From IMG/VR virus record IMGVR_UViG_3300013296_000001, positions 4,211-68,210 of that record: DNA of 64,000 nt, one strand, 5' to 3'. This document shows, in pieces, positions 46,613 to 56,600 of the stretch. Origin of the DNA: a virus. The notes under the pieces are model-generated. The model had not been told where the DNA came from. It was given only the letters and a program-made list of their open reading frames with translations, and did no database searches. Numbering within the stretch: position 1 is the stretch's first letter; each line of letters opens with the position of its first letter. A program made the position numbers and the translations under genes.

Positions 46613-46987
46613 CTAAATCGTCGCCATGTTCCGCACCAGTCCGTACTGATAGCGGCGAGAACGACCTTTGATGTCTAGTGCCGTCTCGTCCGTTGCCACG
46701 TACCACACCTTCGTTGTCGTGTCTCCGCTCCCTGTACCAGTCCACTCGTCTAACGTCCCTTCCCACAGCCGGCTACCGATGGCAATGGCTCGGTCAGAAT
46801 GCACCATTGCGTCAATCCCGATTGTGTTACCCTCCGGGTTGACACTCTGTTTCCGTCGGCGGACAATGCGAACCTTGATTTCTACAGGTGTCTCGTTGAC
46901 GGTCGGATCACCGTGTTCGTCGTTCTCACCCGTGGCGTTCCACAGCAACGCATCTTCATACCGATCTAGGGATTCAAGGGGCGGCAT
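46613..46987 (-). CDS. Head closure protein
   Basis: PVEIKVR...GNTIGIDAMV; position in the neck module. Confidence 0.65.
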   Translation of the reverse strand: MPPLESLDRYEDALLWNATGENDEHGDPTVNETPVEIKVRIVRRRKQSVNPEGNTIGIDAMVHSDRAIAIGSRLWEGTLDEWTGTGSGDTTTKVWYVATDETALDIKGRSRRYQYGLVRNMATI

Positions 46988-47012
46988 TTTTGATCAAAAT
47001 TCTAAGGTACGG

Positions 47013-47198
47013 TTATTCTCTGGAGAAAGACACAATAGCCGTCGGTAGGTCGGCTAGCATTTGCTGCACCGATAACGGTTCAAACGTCCGCCATGTCTTA
47101 TTTACGTCTGTTGTCGTCTCTCGTAGCCCGCAGCGTTTGCACTCTCGTTGCTCATCTAGTTCCTGATTGCACGTTGGGCAAGGTCCGTAGTTGTTCAT
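47013..47198 (-). CDS. Small zinc-ribbon hypothetical protein
   Basis: CPTC...CKRC. Confidence 0.45.
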   Translation of the reverse strand: MNNYGPCPTCNQELDEQRECKRCGLRETTTDVNKTWRTFEPLSVQQMLADLPTAIVSFSRE

Positions 47199-47202
47199 CG
47201 TA

Positions 47203-47613
47203 TTACCAGTCCCTATAGTCAGGCTGTTCGGCGTCTGTCATGCCACCCCACGATGCACCAGCACTACCCGGCTTGAGGATGGCAGCAAGACATCCACTGT
47301 CGTCTGACTCTATAGCCGCCGTTTTGTACCGATCCTTGTCCGTGGCGAATGACCCACTGGCTGACAGTGTGGACCGACTGAGGTATAGAGGGTCCATAAT
47401 CGTATAGTTGTACGCTGCTAGCCACCGCTCGATTATCTCCAGTTCGGCATCTACGAACAAGTAACCCTTTGCCATAGCACAGGTGTAGACCCGATCAATT
47501 GTCAATGTCGCCTTGTCGATGTACGGTTGGAGACTAGGGAGACTACCATCCGTTCCCGGACCGTAGTTATTCCCTAGTATCTCCCGAACTGCTGTAGTCG
47601 TCGTGCGTGCCAT
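47203..47613 (-). CDS. Head-tail connector protein
   Basis: [11 protein letters not shown]...[10 protein letters not shown] pattern; position in the neck module. Confidence 0.7.
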   Translation of the reverse strand: MARTTTTAVREILGNNYGPGTDGSLPSLQPYIDKATLTIDRVYTCAMAKGYLFVDAELEIIERWLAAYNYTIMDPLYLSRSTLSASGSFATDKDRYKTAAIESDDSGCLAAILKPGSAGASWGGMTDAEQPDYRDW

Positions 47614-47686
47614 TTTTGATCAAAATTTTGGAAAGAGTTATGACACGCATAAAACCTGTAACCTACTACCGGTCTACACAACTCAA

Positions 47687-48439
47687 TTACTGCTCTAGAT
47701 CACCCTTCTCTTGCTGATTCTCCGTCATCAACTGTTGGTCACGCTCGCGGAGGGCAGCGATCATCCCTTCCTTAGTCTGCTTGCCTTTGACTTGTACACC
47801 CGCTTCCTTGCAGATGTCCCGCAGGTCGTTCGCACTGTGGTTCTCGAAGTCACCCCACTGAGATTCCAGCGGGCCAGTATCGGTGCCACCACTGTTAGTA
47901 GCACGCGCCTTCGACTTATTCGAGAAGCGTGGGTCATCACTGCCGTCAGGATCGTCGTTACGGATGTCTGGGTTCTCGGCCAGCTTCGCCTGAGTCAGTT
48001 CCGACGCTTCGTTCAGTGGGTGACGGGCGGCGTTCGTCTGCTGGTCGGTAATCGAACGGGTGTTGCGGTCGGGAGAGACAACGGGATTGCCGCCCGTCGG
48101 CGCCTTCCGTTCGCGTTCCTTCCGACACACTACTTCCTTATCCTTCACCTGACCGAGATACTGCACACGGTCCGGTCCGTCACGCTTGGCAATGTCCTTG
48201 TCGTGACTGTAGAACCGTTGTCCGCCGTTGATCGTTTCCTTCGGGTACTCGCCGTTGTCGTCCGGCTCCGCTGTTACGTCGCGCTGAAGCCGCTGCCCTT
48301 GCAAGAGACGGTAAGCGTATAGCGGCTTGTTGGCGTCCGACTTGACACGCGCATCCTTCTTTGCAGCGTTCTCTGTGTACTTCTTAACCCCCATGCCAAC
48401 ATCGCTGTCAACGTCATCGTGGTGAACTGGCGTCGGCAT
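47687..48439 (-). CDS. Hypothetical protein with C-terminal HeH/Rho-N/SAP-like motif
   Basis: SANDLRDICKEAGVQVKGKQTKEGMIAALRE; AGGAG RBS. Confidence 0.6.
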   Translation of the reverse strand: MPTPVHHDDVDSDVGMGVKKYTENAAKKDARVKSDANKPLYAYRLLQGQRLQRDVTAEPDDNGEYPKETINGGQRFYSHDKDIAKRDGPDRVQYLGQVKDKEVVCRKERERKAPTGGNPVVSPDRNTRSITDQQTNAARHPLNEASELTQAKLAENPDIRNDDPDGSDDPRFSNKSKARATNSGGTDTGPLESQWGDFENHSANDLRDICKEAGVQVKGKQTKEGMIAALRERDQQLMTENQQEKGDLEQ

Positions 48440-48493
48440 ATCTCGACTCCTACTGTAAAGGTTAGTTGATGTCTCTGTGTCAGATAGAGTAAG

Positions 48494-48554
48494 CCAGTAG
48501 TGCCCGGGTGTTCCGTCTCTAGTGCGGCATAGAGTTTCGGCCGGGCACTACTGG
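48494..48554. other. Long intergenic hairpin
   Basis: Perfect 14-bp arms CCAGTAGTGCCCGG/CCGGGCACTACTGG enclosing an inner CTCTA/TAGAG stem. Confidence 0.7.
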
Positions 48555-48644
48555 TGTCAGCAGAGAGGGGTTAGTCCCGATTAACTCTCCGAATCTCACA
48601 GCACTGACAACAAGTCAATACCATGTCGCCCGTCGGAAGAGTCA

Positions 48645-48884
48645 CTAACCCCTCTCTGTATCACATAGTCCAGTTTCCTTGAGGAAGGATTCTACCCCGT
48701 CTTCTACTGTTAGTTCTATAGGTTGCCACTTACCCGAAGGACTGAATATGACTTTATCCTGTGAATAGTAGCCATACCCGAACCATAGTTGGACGGAATT
48801 ACCTCCCTCAAGTTTGACTTGCTGTCTGTGGTGAACGGCCGAAGCTTGAAGGACTTTTATCAGTTTGATAAGGTCTTCTCGCAT
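48645..48884 (-). CDS. Hypothetical protein (AT-rich)
   Basis: GAGGA RBS; directly after palindrome 48901. Confidence 0.5.
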   Translation of the reverse strand: MREDLIKLIKVLQASAVHHRQQVKLEGGNSVQLWFGYGYYSQDKVIFSPSGKWQPIELTVEDGVESFLKETGLCDTERG

Positions 48885-48976
48885 TGGTGTTCCTCACAAA
48901 TTTTGATCAAAATTCTAGAGGCACGGTTCCGCGCGACTGTTAATGAGGACGTATCGACACACTCACACCCCTAGTA

Positions 48977-50194
48977 TCAAGACGTAGTGCCGTGAACGAC
49001 ACGAGCCACCCCGCCATAGTTCGTCTTCAGCAGAGGCGCGGCGATGATATACGTGACAAAGTGAACACGTCCACCGCCCATCGTCTCATACTGAATCGTC
49101 TCGATGTCACTGCCGATCAGCGCTTCCGCAAACTCACGGTCGGGGTCTACCATGATCGCCTGGTAGCCACTCGACAAGTAGTCCAGCCGGCGGATTGACG
49201 TGATGCCGCCGATCTGCATAATACGGTTGCGGAGCGTCGTACTCTGGCTAGTGGACCCGGCGCGGAAATAGTCGTCGTCAAGGAACGCATCGTACCCCGT
49301 GGACGTGTACACGAAGAACGGGCCGAAGTAGTTATTCGCGTACATCAACTCGCGCATCTCGATGAAGTCTTGCTTCACCGCCTCCGGGTTGCTGCCCGTC
49401 GGAGTCGTCATGTCCGTCTTGGCAATCTTCGTCGGCAGATTCGTATACCCGTACACCGTCGAGTTGCCGGTGTACCGACTGTCCGTCGCCGAAGTCGGCC
49501 CGAGTGAAGTCCCTGTCATCGTGCCGATTGTCGTCTGTTCCAGCACTTCCGCAACACGACGCCCGGCCGCTTCCGCCATTGACAGGTTGACCGCCTGACC
49601 ATTCCGACGGGCAGAAGCCGCTAGACGCCGACGAGAGAACGAGAACTTGACGAACGTGACCGGCAACGGGATCGACCGCAGCTTATATTGCGGTGCGTCG
49701 TTGCGGCCGTCCGTGTCCATGTCCATGTCAACAAGCGCTTCACCAGGGTCGTTCTGCGATTCGTACTCATAAGTGATCGTACCCATTCCGTCTTCGATGC
49801 GGAGGGGGTTCGTGTCCGCCAAATCGGCCCACGCCCGCAGACGCTTACGAGCCTCACGGAGAGACGCGGCTCGCATCTGAATCCACGTATCCTTGCGGAG
49901 CGTGGCGTTGCGGACGATCGAAGAGTCGTACCCGGCCTTCTCCAAGTCCTCTCGATACATCTTCTGGTATTGCTTCTCACGCCGACCAGTCTTCGGGTTC
50001 GTCTTGACCCGCCCCGTGTTGACGATGATCGCCTTGCGGCCGGTGTCGTCAATGAATGGGCGGCTCAAGTTGGGGTCAAACCCCACGTCGAGAAGGGCCG
50101 ACGCCACTTCCCCCTGTGCTTCCACCCCGTTACGGGTGTTGTGGATGAAGTCCCGCCCGGTGGTTACACCGTCGTAGACCATGTTAGCGAACAT
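48977..50194 (-). CDS. Major capsid protein (HK97 fold)
   Basis: 405 aa after the protease and decoration genes; P.P...F.F..R.L.A...G.......AE.AGRRVAE..E pattern. Confidence 0.82.
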   Translation of the reverse strand: MFANMVYDGVTTGRDFIHNTRNGVEAQGEVASALLDVGFDPNLSRPFIDDTGRKAIIVNTGRVKTNPKTGRREKQYQKMYREDLEKAGYDSSIVRNATLRKDTWIQMRAASLREARKRLRAWADLADTNPLRIEDGMGTITYEYESQNDPGEALVDMDMDTDGRNDAPQYKLRSIPLPVTFVKFSFSRRRLAASARRNGQAVNLSMAEAAGRRVAEVLEQTTIGTMTGTSLGPTSATDSRYTGNSTVYGYTNLPTKIAKTDMTTPTGSNPEAVKQDFIEMRELMYANNYFGPFFVYTSTGYDAFLDDDYFRAGSTSQSTTLRNRIMQIGGITSIRRLDYLSSGYQAIMVDPDREFAEALIGSDIETIQYETMGGGRVHFVTYIIAAPLLKTNYGGVARVVHGTTS

Positions 50195-50287
50195 CGTTTA
50201 GACTCTCCTCTGGTTATGGTTGGTTATCGACGGTGTTATCAGGGAGGAAAACTTTGATCAAAATTCTGAGTAGTGGGTAGGACTGCC

Positions 50288-50782
50288 TTAGTACCCGCTC
50301 CACACACACCAAGCAACCGTATCTGCCACCGGATCAGTGATGGATTCGAGAAGTTCCGCCATCTCCGTTTCGGGGCTACCGGTCGTGGCGATAAACATGC
50401 CCGTACCAGTGTCAAGAATCAGCTTCTCGCCCTTCGTATGGTCGTCCGCAGTGCCCGACAGATTCTTGATCAGCAAGTTCAACTCTTCGCCCATGCGCGG
50501 CGAGTACAGCGAAACTTTCGTTCCGGCGGCATAACTCGCAGTCGGAGCACCACCCGTAAGAGCGTTCATTTCTTCCGTGACAATGAAGATGCCACCAGTG
50601 GGATGGTCCCCATCGGCACTCTCGTCATAAATCTTGTATGTGTGTCGTCCGCCGATCAGATCGACCGACGCATCCTTGATGACACCCATGCCAGGATAAA
50701 ACGTCTGCCCAGTCTTCACATAGCCTTCCGTCTTGATGCCTCCGGCCGGCTCTGTGACAACCGTTCGGCTACCGCGGGCCAT
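50288..50782 (-). CDS. Capsid decoration/auxiliary protein
   Basis: Beta-rich, 164 aa, between the protease and the capsid gene. Confidence 0.65.
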   Translation of the reverse strand: MARGSRTVVTEPAGGIKTEGYVKTGQTFYPGMGVIKDASVDLIGGRHTYKIYDESADGDHPTGGIFIVTEEMNALTGGAPTASYAAGTKVSLYSPRMGEELNLLIKNLSGTADDHTKGEKLILDTGTGMFIATTGSPETEMAELLESITDPVADTVAWCVWSGY

Positions 50783-50854
50783 CGTATCCCCCTTCTCTGT
50801 TTAGTGAGTGAGTCTATCTATCGAGAAATTTGATCAAAATTCCTGTGCGGTGTG

Positions 50855-53233
50855 TTACTTACGGACACGCTTCAAGTCATGTTCGTCGTGGTTCTTCACG
50901 ATTTCGGAGTAGTCCAGCTCCGGCGTGACCATTGCCGCAACGTCGTCGTCAGCGTTCTCGACGTACTCAACCTCTTCCTCATCGTTCTTACGTCGATTCG
51001 TTACACCACCGCCACCGCCGTAGTTCGTAATGCGGTTCGTGACGGTCTTCTCGGCATCGTCGTCATCGTCGTCATCATCGTCGTCAGGGTTGATCTTGAT
51101 GCGGGCGTTGTTCGTCTGGCGCCCACTCTTAGAGTCGTCTTGCACGGCGATCAACAACTCTTCCAGCGATTCGAGCGACACACCGATTTCGTCGTGCCGC
51201 TTCAGCTTGTTGGCGATCAGCGTCCGCTTCGCCTTGTTCGTCGTGACCTTCGCCACCTTCTGCAACTGCTTCACAACGTCGTCAAGACGCTGCTTCTCTT
51301 GCTTCTGAGCGTTCTTCACCAGTCGCTTGACACTCTTCGGAATGTCGTCGCGCTGGAGGAAATCTTCTAGCGACTCCTCGTTCTTTGCCATCATGTCATC
51401 CTCATCAGGTTCGTCGGAGGTACAAGTAGCAGACTTCTTTTTCTTCTTCTTGGCGGTCGATTCGCTCTGCTCACCCTTCAGCGCGTTCGCCGTTACCGTC
51501 GTCAGTTCTTCCAGGTCCATTTCATCGGCGTCGTCAATCGACTCGCGGACGGCGTTCGCAATCGCCTCGTCTTCCATGTGACGGCGTGCTACACGGATCA
51601 GGTTCTTCAGTCGGGTGTCATCCATACTGTTAAGGATGTCTTCGCCATCCTGCCAACACTCACAATTGTTTGTGAGATACTGAACCATCTTTTGCTTGCC
51701 GGTCATAGCAGAGCCTTTCTCTGGAAGAAAAGGAGTAGTCGCGGAATCACGGTTAGTTACCATCTCAGAATTTTGATCAAAATTTCGTGTCTTCGATCGG
51801 CGAGATAACTTGCGAGCATTCCCTACCATCCGCAGACGACGCATTGAGTGAGCCGTCGCCATATGAGCCATTGCGGCATCCCTATGGGCTTGATGTGCCA
51901 GTGCGTGATGAACGGCGCCGCTGCCTGACATGGCAGTGTCTAGTTCCTCGTGACGCTGTGCTGCCTTTGCGTGTGCCTTTGCTGCCGCTTCGTGGTGCTC
52001 TGGTGTCAGCCCGGCGTATCCGACCCCTGCCGTTGCCCGACGTGCTAACTTGCGGGCTGTTGACGCCAGCTTTTCGGCCTTGTCGTCGGGGTGCTTCTCT
52101 AGCGCAGTGCTGCTGGCGAACATCGCCTTTGTGCTGGCGTTCGACGCACGCAACCGGTTGTTGGCGATGTCTTCTCTCAATGATTGGGAGACACCACCAG
52201 AGGCGCCAGACTTCGCGCCCTTTTGCGTGAGGGAGCCGCCACCGCTGGCACAGTGGTTGCCCTTTTGGAATCCACCGGCGCCAATACCACAGTTGCCGCC
52301 ACTGCCACCGATTGACATGGATGATGCAGACGGGCCGACAACGGTGTGTATGGAATTTTTGATCAAATTTCTTATCAGGCGCTTCCAGAATCCCACTTTC
52401 GCGCCCTCGTTTGACGTGTGTCCTTCTCCGCATTTGGCGCCGAACATGCCACGCTGAGCCTTTGTGAGTGGGTGCCCGTGAACACTGCCATCTTTCAAGA
52501 TGCGGCATGCTTTTTGGCTAGACATGGATAACTTAACTGACGGTTTCTTCTTTGTATTGTTGATGTGAACACCACATCCGTCACGCAGCGAACAAGCGCC
52601 CTTACTGTCGGGCAGAATTGCCAAGTGATCGGGCTTGTAATCGCGGGCTATGGCGACGTATTCCCGTCCGTTGGGAGAGACACCCCGGCCATTTGCTGCC
52701 GGCACGTTGCGTGTGAATAGTCCTGTTGACAGTTCGATCGGTTCGCCTTTGAGGAGACGGAGAAGGATCGTAGGACGACCATTTTTGATCAAAATTTCGT
52801 CCTGTGCCTTCACTAACTTCTCGTCAAACCATGCTTGCCCTTGCAGACTGCCGGTCTGGTTGTTGATCCGTACCCGATAGACGTGTCCTAACCCGTGCCG
52901 TTCCAGTGTACCAGGGTCGCGAGCACTGACATTCAATCCTGTCGAATCGTCCGTCGGGTGGTCACACGTCAACGGCATCCCATTCCAGGCATCGACGTTA
53001 CGCGCTACCTCTTCTTTCGGGTAGTACAGCGGCCCCTTACTACCGTTCAGTACCCCCGGCACCAGCATTGTCACGGGGACAACGAGGTAATCCCGTCCGT
53101 GGTGTTTCACACGGCGGGCTTGCGTGTTCAACGTCAATCGAATTCGCTTCGCCCGGTTGAGCAGAACGAAATCGAGAGCGATGGATGGAGACGACTTAGT
53201 AGGTGTAGAGTGTCGTGTAGCCATTCCCGCCAT
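50855..53233 (-). CDS. DUF2213-like prohead protease/scaffold with inserts
   Basis: VPGVLNG...LYYP...WNGMPLTCDHP...IELSTGL...PDHLAILP...GACS...GCG; acidic scaffold-like C-terminus. Confidence 0.8.
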   Translation of the reverse strand: MAGMATRHSTPTKSSPSIALDFVLLNRAKRIRLTLNTQARRVKHHGRDYLVVPVTMLVPGVLNGSKGPLYYPKEEVARNVDAWNGMPLTCDHPTDDSTGLNVSARDPGTLERHGLGHVYRVRINNQTGSLQGQAWFDEKLVKAQDEILIKNGRPTILLRLLKGEPIELSTGLFTRNVPAANGRGVSPNGREYVAIARDYKPDHLAILPDSKGACSLRDGCGVHINNTKKKPSVKLSMSSQKACRILKDGSVHGHPLTKAQRGMFGAKCGEGHTSNEGAKVGFWKRLIRNLIKNSIHTVVGPSASSMSIGGSGGNCGIGAGGFQKGNHCASGGGSLTQKGAKSGASGGVSQSLREDIANNRLRASNASTKAMFASSTALEKHPDDKAEKLASTARKLARRATAGVGYAGLTPEHHEAAAKAHAKAAQRHEELDTAMSGSGAVHHALAHQAHRDAAMAHMATAHSMRRLRMVGNARKLSRRSKTRNFDQNSEMVTNRDSATTPFLPEKGSAMTGKQKMVQYLTNNCECWQDGEDILNSMDDTRLKNLIRVARRHMEDEAIANAVRESIDDADEMDLEELTTVTANALKGEQSESTAKKKKKKSATCTSDEPDEDDMMAKNEESLEDFLQRDDIPKSVKRLVKNAQKQEKQRLDDVVKQLQKVAKVTTNKAKRTLIANKLKRHDEIGVSLESLEELLIAVQDDSKSGRQTNNARIKINPDDDDDDDDDDAEKTVTNRITNYGGGGGVTNRRKNDEEEVEYVENADDDVAAMVTPELDYSEIVKNHDEHDLKRVRK

Positions 53234-53292
53234 TATCTGTGGTGGGTGTTACATAAGATGTGCAGTCGGACTACTTATTGACTGGTAATCCC

Positions 53293-53550
53293 TTACTCGT
53301 TCCAATTAATCGTCCTCATCATCCGATAACGGCATCCGTGCCCGTTGTAGTGGCGTCCAATAATCATTAAGTGGCTCGGCAGCGATCGATTGAGACGTGT
53401 CATGTGCATCGAAATGGCTTCTAGTGACGCATATTCGTCCTTGATGACCATACGGATTTCGTCCAACGTGTGTTCTGCCCCGTCTAGCAGAAGGTTTAGT
53501 ATCTTCTGCTGCATGTACGTATAACTGCGGGGCTGCTGCGGGGACGACAT
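53293..53550 (-). CDS. Small winged-helix DNA-binding protein
   Basis: QQKILNLLLDGAEHTLDEI...AISMHMTRLNRSL...YRM. Confidence 0.6.
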   Translation of the reverse strand: MSSPQQPRSYTYMQQKILNLLLDGAEHTLDEIRMVIKDEYASLEAISMHMTRLNRSLPSHLMIIGRHYNGHGCRYRMMRTINWNE

Positions 53551-53619
53551 AGCGAATCCCTGTCTAGTATGTCACGAAATTTTGATCAAAATTCTCTAAC
53601 TACTACCTATCTCCCTCGT

Positions 53620-56600
53620 CTACTTGCTCGACTTCGTGAGTAACTTCCGAATAAACTCGACGTGTGCCGGTGTTCGTCCTGTCAAGTGTGATACATAACT
53701 GTCAATAATCAGAGGGTTGTTACCGAGATACCCACTGCTCCCCGTATGATTCGCTGGGTTTGTCTCCACTACCTTATACCCCTCTGTCGTCTTCACGATA
53801 TCCGGCGCGTAAATCTGGCCGTGCTTCTCCGAATGTGGCAACCGGTCAACTGCCTGCCGTGCTGCCTCTGCCATTGCTCTAGTGTCGGCATTGTCGAACA
53901 CAACCGGCAAGTGATCCCCCTTCAACCATGTTGAGTAGGGCACGACTTCCGCCTTGCCATTACGTGTGACGACGTGTACCCGCCCCTCTTGTCCGTACTT
54001 GATCGTGACTCCGGCTGCTCGGTCTGCCTCACTGATGCCGACGACGTTAAACGCCGGCTGAACCATATAATCCTTACCGCCCCCCGCTAGTGCAGCACCA
54101 TGTTCGTGCTGTGCCGCTTCGTGTGCTTTGTCACCCCAATGCCGTACTTCACCGTCGATCGTCTTATTGTACTTGTCAGTGCCGAACAAGTACGTATCTC
54201 CACTCGTGTGCTTCAGTCCGACCACGTTGTTAGACTCGTCTCGGTGGAGTGAGAATCCGTACTTGGCAACACCAGCACCGGCATTCCAGATATTGTTCTG
54301 CGCCTCCCCTTGCATCTGTCGGGCACGCTGCGGGAAGTAGATACCATACCCTGCCGCGGCATCGTCGCCGTATGCCTTGACAATCCACTTATCCTTTCCG
54401 TAGATTGAATCAAACTTCGCCGTCACGTCTGGTGTCAAGTGCGTTACCTTCTTACCAGCAACCTTGCTCACGTCCTCGCTCGTTTCTAGTCCCGGCAACC
54501 GCTTCGACTCTTCGAGCTTATCCCTGAGTGTCGGATCGGATACCGTGAACGACCCTTTGCGCCGGGGGTGTACGTCCTTCGCCTCCGTGCCGCCATATTT
54601 GGGGCTGGCGGACGACACCAACGGCTGTGGCGACGACGGATCAATCCTATCCGTCTGGTGGGACATCGTGATGCCGTGCCGGTTCAAGTACGACTCACAG
54701 AACTGCGCGAGATGCCGGCCGTGATCGCCGTGGTCGAATGCGTCTTTGTCCCACCCCCCTTCATACTCGACGCTCTTTTTCGTGTGCTTGCCGGTCCCCA
54801 CACCACCGACGGCGGCTAGAGTCGCCTCAACGCCGTTACCTTCGACGTGATTGCGCAAGTGCCCTAACCAGTCGGCAACTTGGTGTTCTCCCTTGCTACG
54901 GAAGAACGACTCAAATCGATCGATCTTCTTACGTACCTCGTCAACGTGGGCCGGCTGACGTTCGACAGCCTTTGCCACTACTTTTGTGGGAAAGCCTTGA
55001 GGAGACGTTTTACCAGTGGGTCCACCGTCACTTCCCCCGCTTCGATCTGCCGGCGTGTCACCGGATCGCGTAGGATGTCCCGCCACTTGTCCGCTTGTGC
55101 TTGTAGGTCTTTCTTGAGTTGGTTTGCCTCTTCCGCTGTCACTTCGTCCGCCATGAGATTGCTCCTTCTTCTTAGGGTTCTCGATCGTGTGTTGCTTCGT
55201 GTGGAATCGTGTCGTTAGAATGTGTCGGTGCAGCGCCGATACTGCGCTCGATTTCTTCTGCTGTGGAGTTACAGGATTCACAGATTGCTGAGACTGCACC
55301 TTCGCGTCTCGCTTCTCCATGTGCGTATTGATCGCCTTCATAACGTGTGGATTACCGGCGACGACACGACCACCTTTAATGTAGACGTGGTGTCCTGAAT
55401 CCGTGGTGATCCATCGCCCGCCTGTGAGATGCGAAAACTTCCCTTGACCACCACTCTTGTCGTTGGCGACTACGAAATTTTGATCAAAATTCTGGTTGTC
55501 GATCTGCGAGCGTGATACATCTCTCTTGCCAGCATACCAACTCCTGCCCGTCGCCCTCTGCCCCGGCGCTGGTGCCCATTCGCATCGGCAGTGAGTGTGC
55601 CGGGGGATCAACCCCCGCGCACTGTTCACCGTGAACACCTTACCAGCCAGCGGAGCACACTTCTTACACGGTTGCCCCGTCGTGTGGTACTCGACGTTAG
55701 CCATGATCTGCTCAACGCCGAGCGATTCCATCGTGTCTAACTGCCCTTCGGCGTGTACGCGCACCATCTCTGTGCGAGCGATCGCAAGTGCCTTCTGCTT
55801 GCTAATCTCTAGTTGCTTACGTAGTTGGTTTGCTACCGTTTCTGGTTTGGTGCCGTTCTTAACACCCCTCTCGACAATTTTGATCAAAATTGCACCCATC
55901 TCTCCCGTGATACCCTGAATCTGGTCGAGTGCAACGGCGCTATTCGTTGTGAGGCTATTACTCTCTATGTTCGCAATGAACTGCTCTCTTCGACCGTTGT
56001 AGTGATCGACACTCTCTCCTACCTTCTGGGGTGCCGACCGCTGGTAAGCGTTATGTACACCCTTCATGTAGCCTTGACGTGTGTATTTTCTCCAGAGAGA
56101 TTCCCCGCACGGTCCTTCTCTGGAAGAAAGAGTATACCGTAGCCAGTCCCGAACGGTATCAGCGACGTTGGCCACTAAATTTTGATCAAAATTGCTGTTG
56201 CCGGTTACTGAGCCACCGAACGCAACGTAGAACCTGTCGCCGTTCTCTTTCTGATCGAAGATAACCCCGTCGTGTCCGTGTTCTTTCGCCTTTTTAATGA
56301 TGGGGTTTTCAAACGAGGGATCGGAAAATTGTCGCTGCGTTGCTTCGACGTGTAGGGGATTCTTGAGTTTGACCTTGCCAGCGATTATGCTACCCGATCC
56401 CCCTACAGTTTCTCCGAATGCTTCGGCGTAGTCCTTCTCTCGTGACCAGAACACATCTCCTGCTGCCTTTAACCCTGTTCGGTTAAATCGGTGTGCGTCT
56501 TCTGCAATCGGCTTACCTGTTAGTTCGCCAATCTTGACGTGTGAACCGTAGTCGGCGTGACCAGTGCCCCCATCTTTTGCACACGTATTCCCCTTCTGGA

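Noticed and set aside
47614-47630. Palindrome as an IHF site (WATCAANNNNTTR)
   Set aside because: Only the ATCAA part matches; the base before it is G and the distal TTR is missing in most copies. IHF sites are asymmetric.
48440-48640. tRNA or other known RNA gene in intergenic gaps
   Set aside because: No cloverleaf with a T-loop (GTTCRA) and acceptor stem found by eye here or elsewhere; tRNAscan-SE would be decisive.
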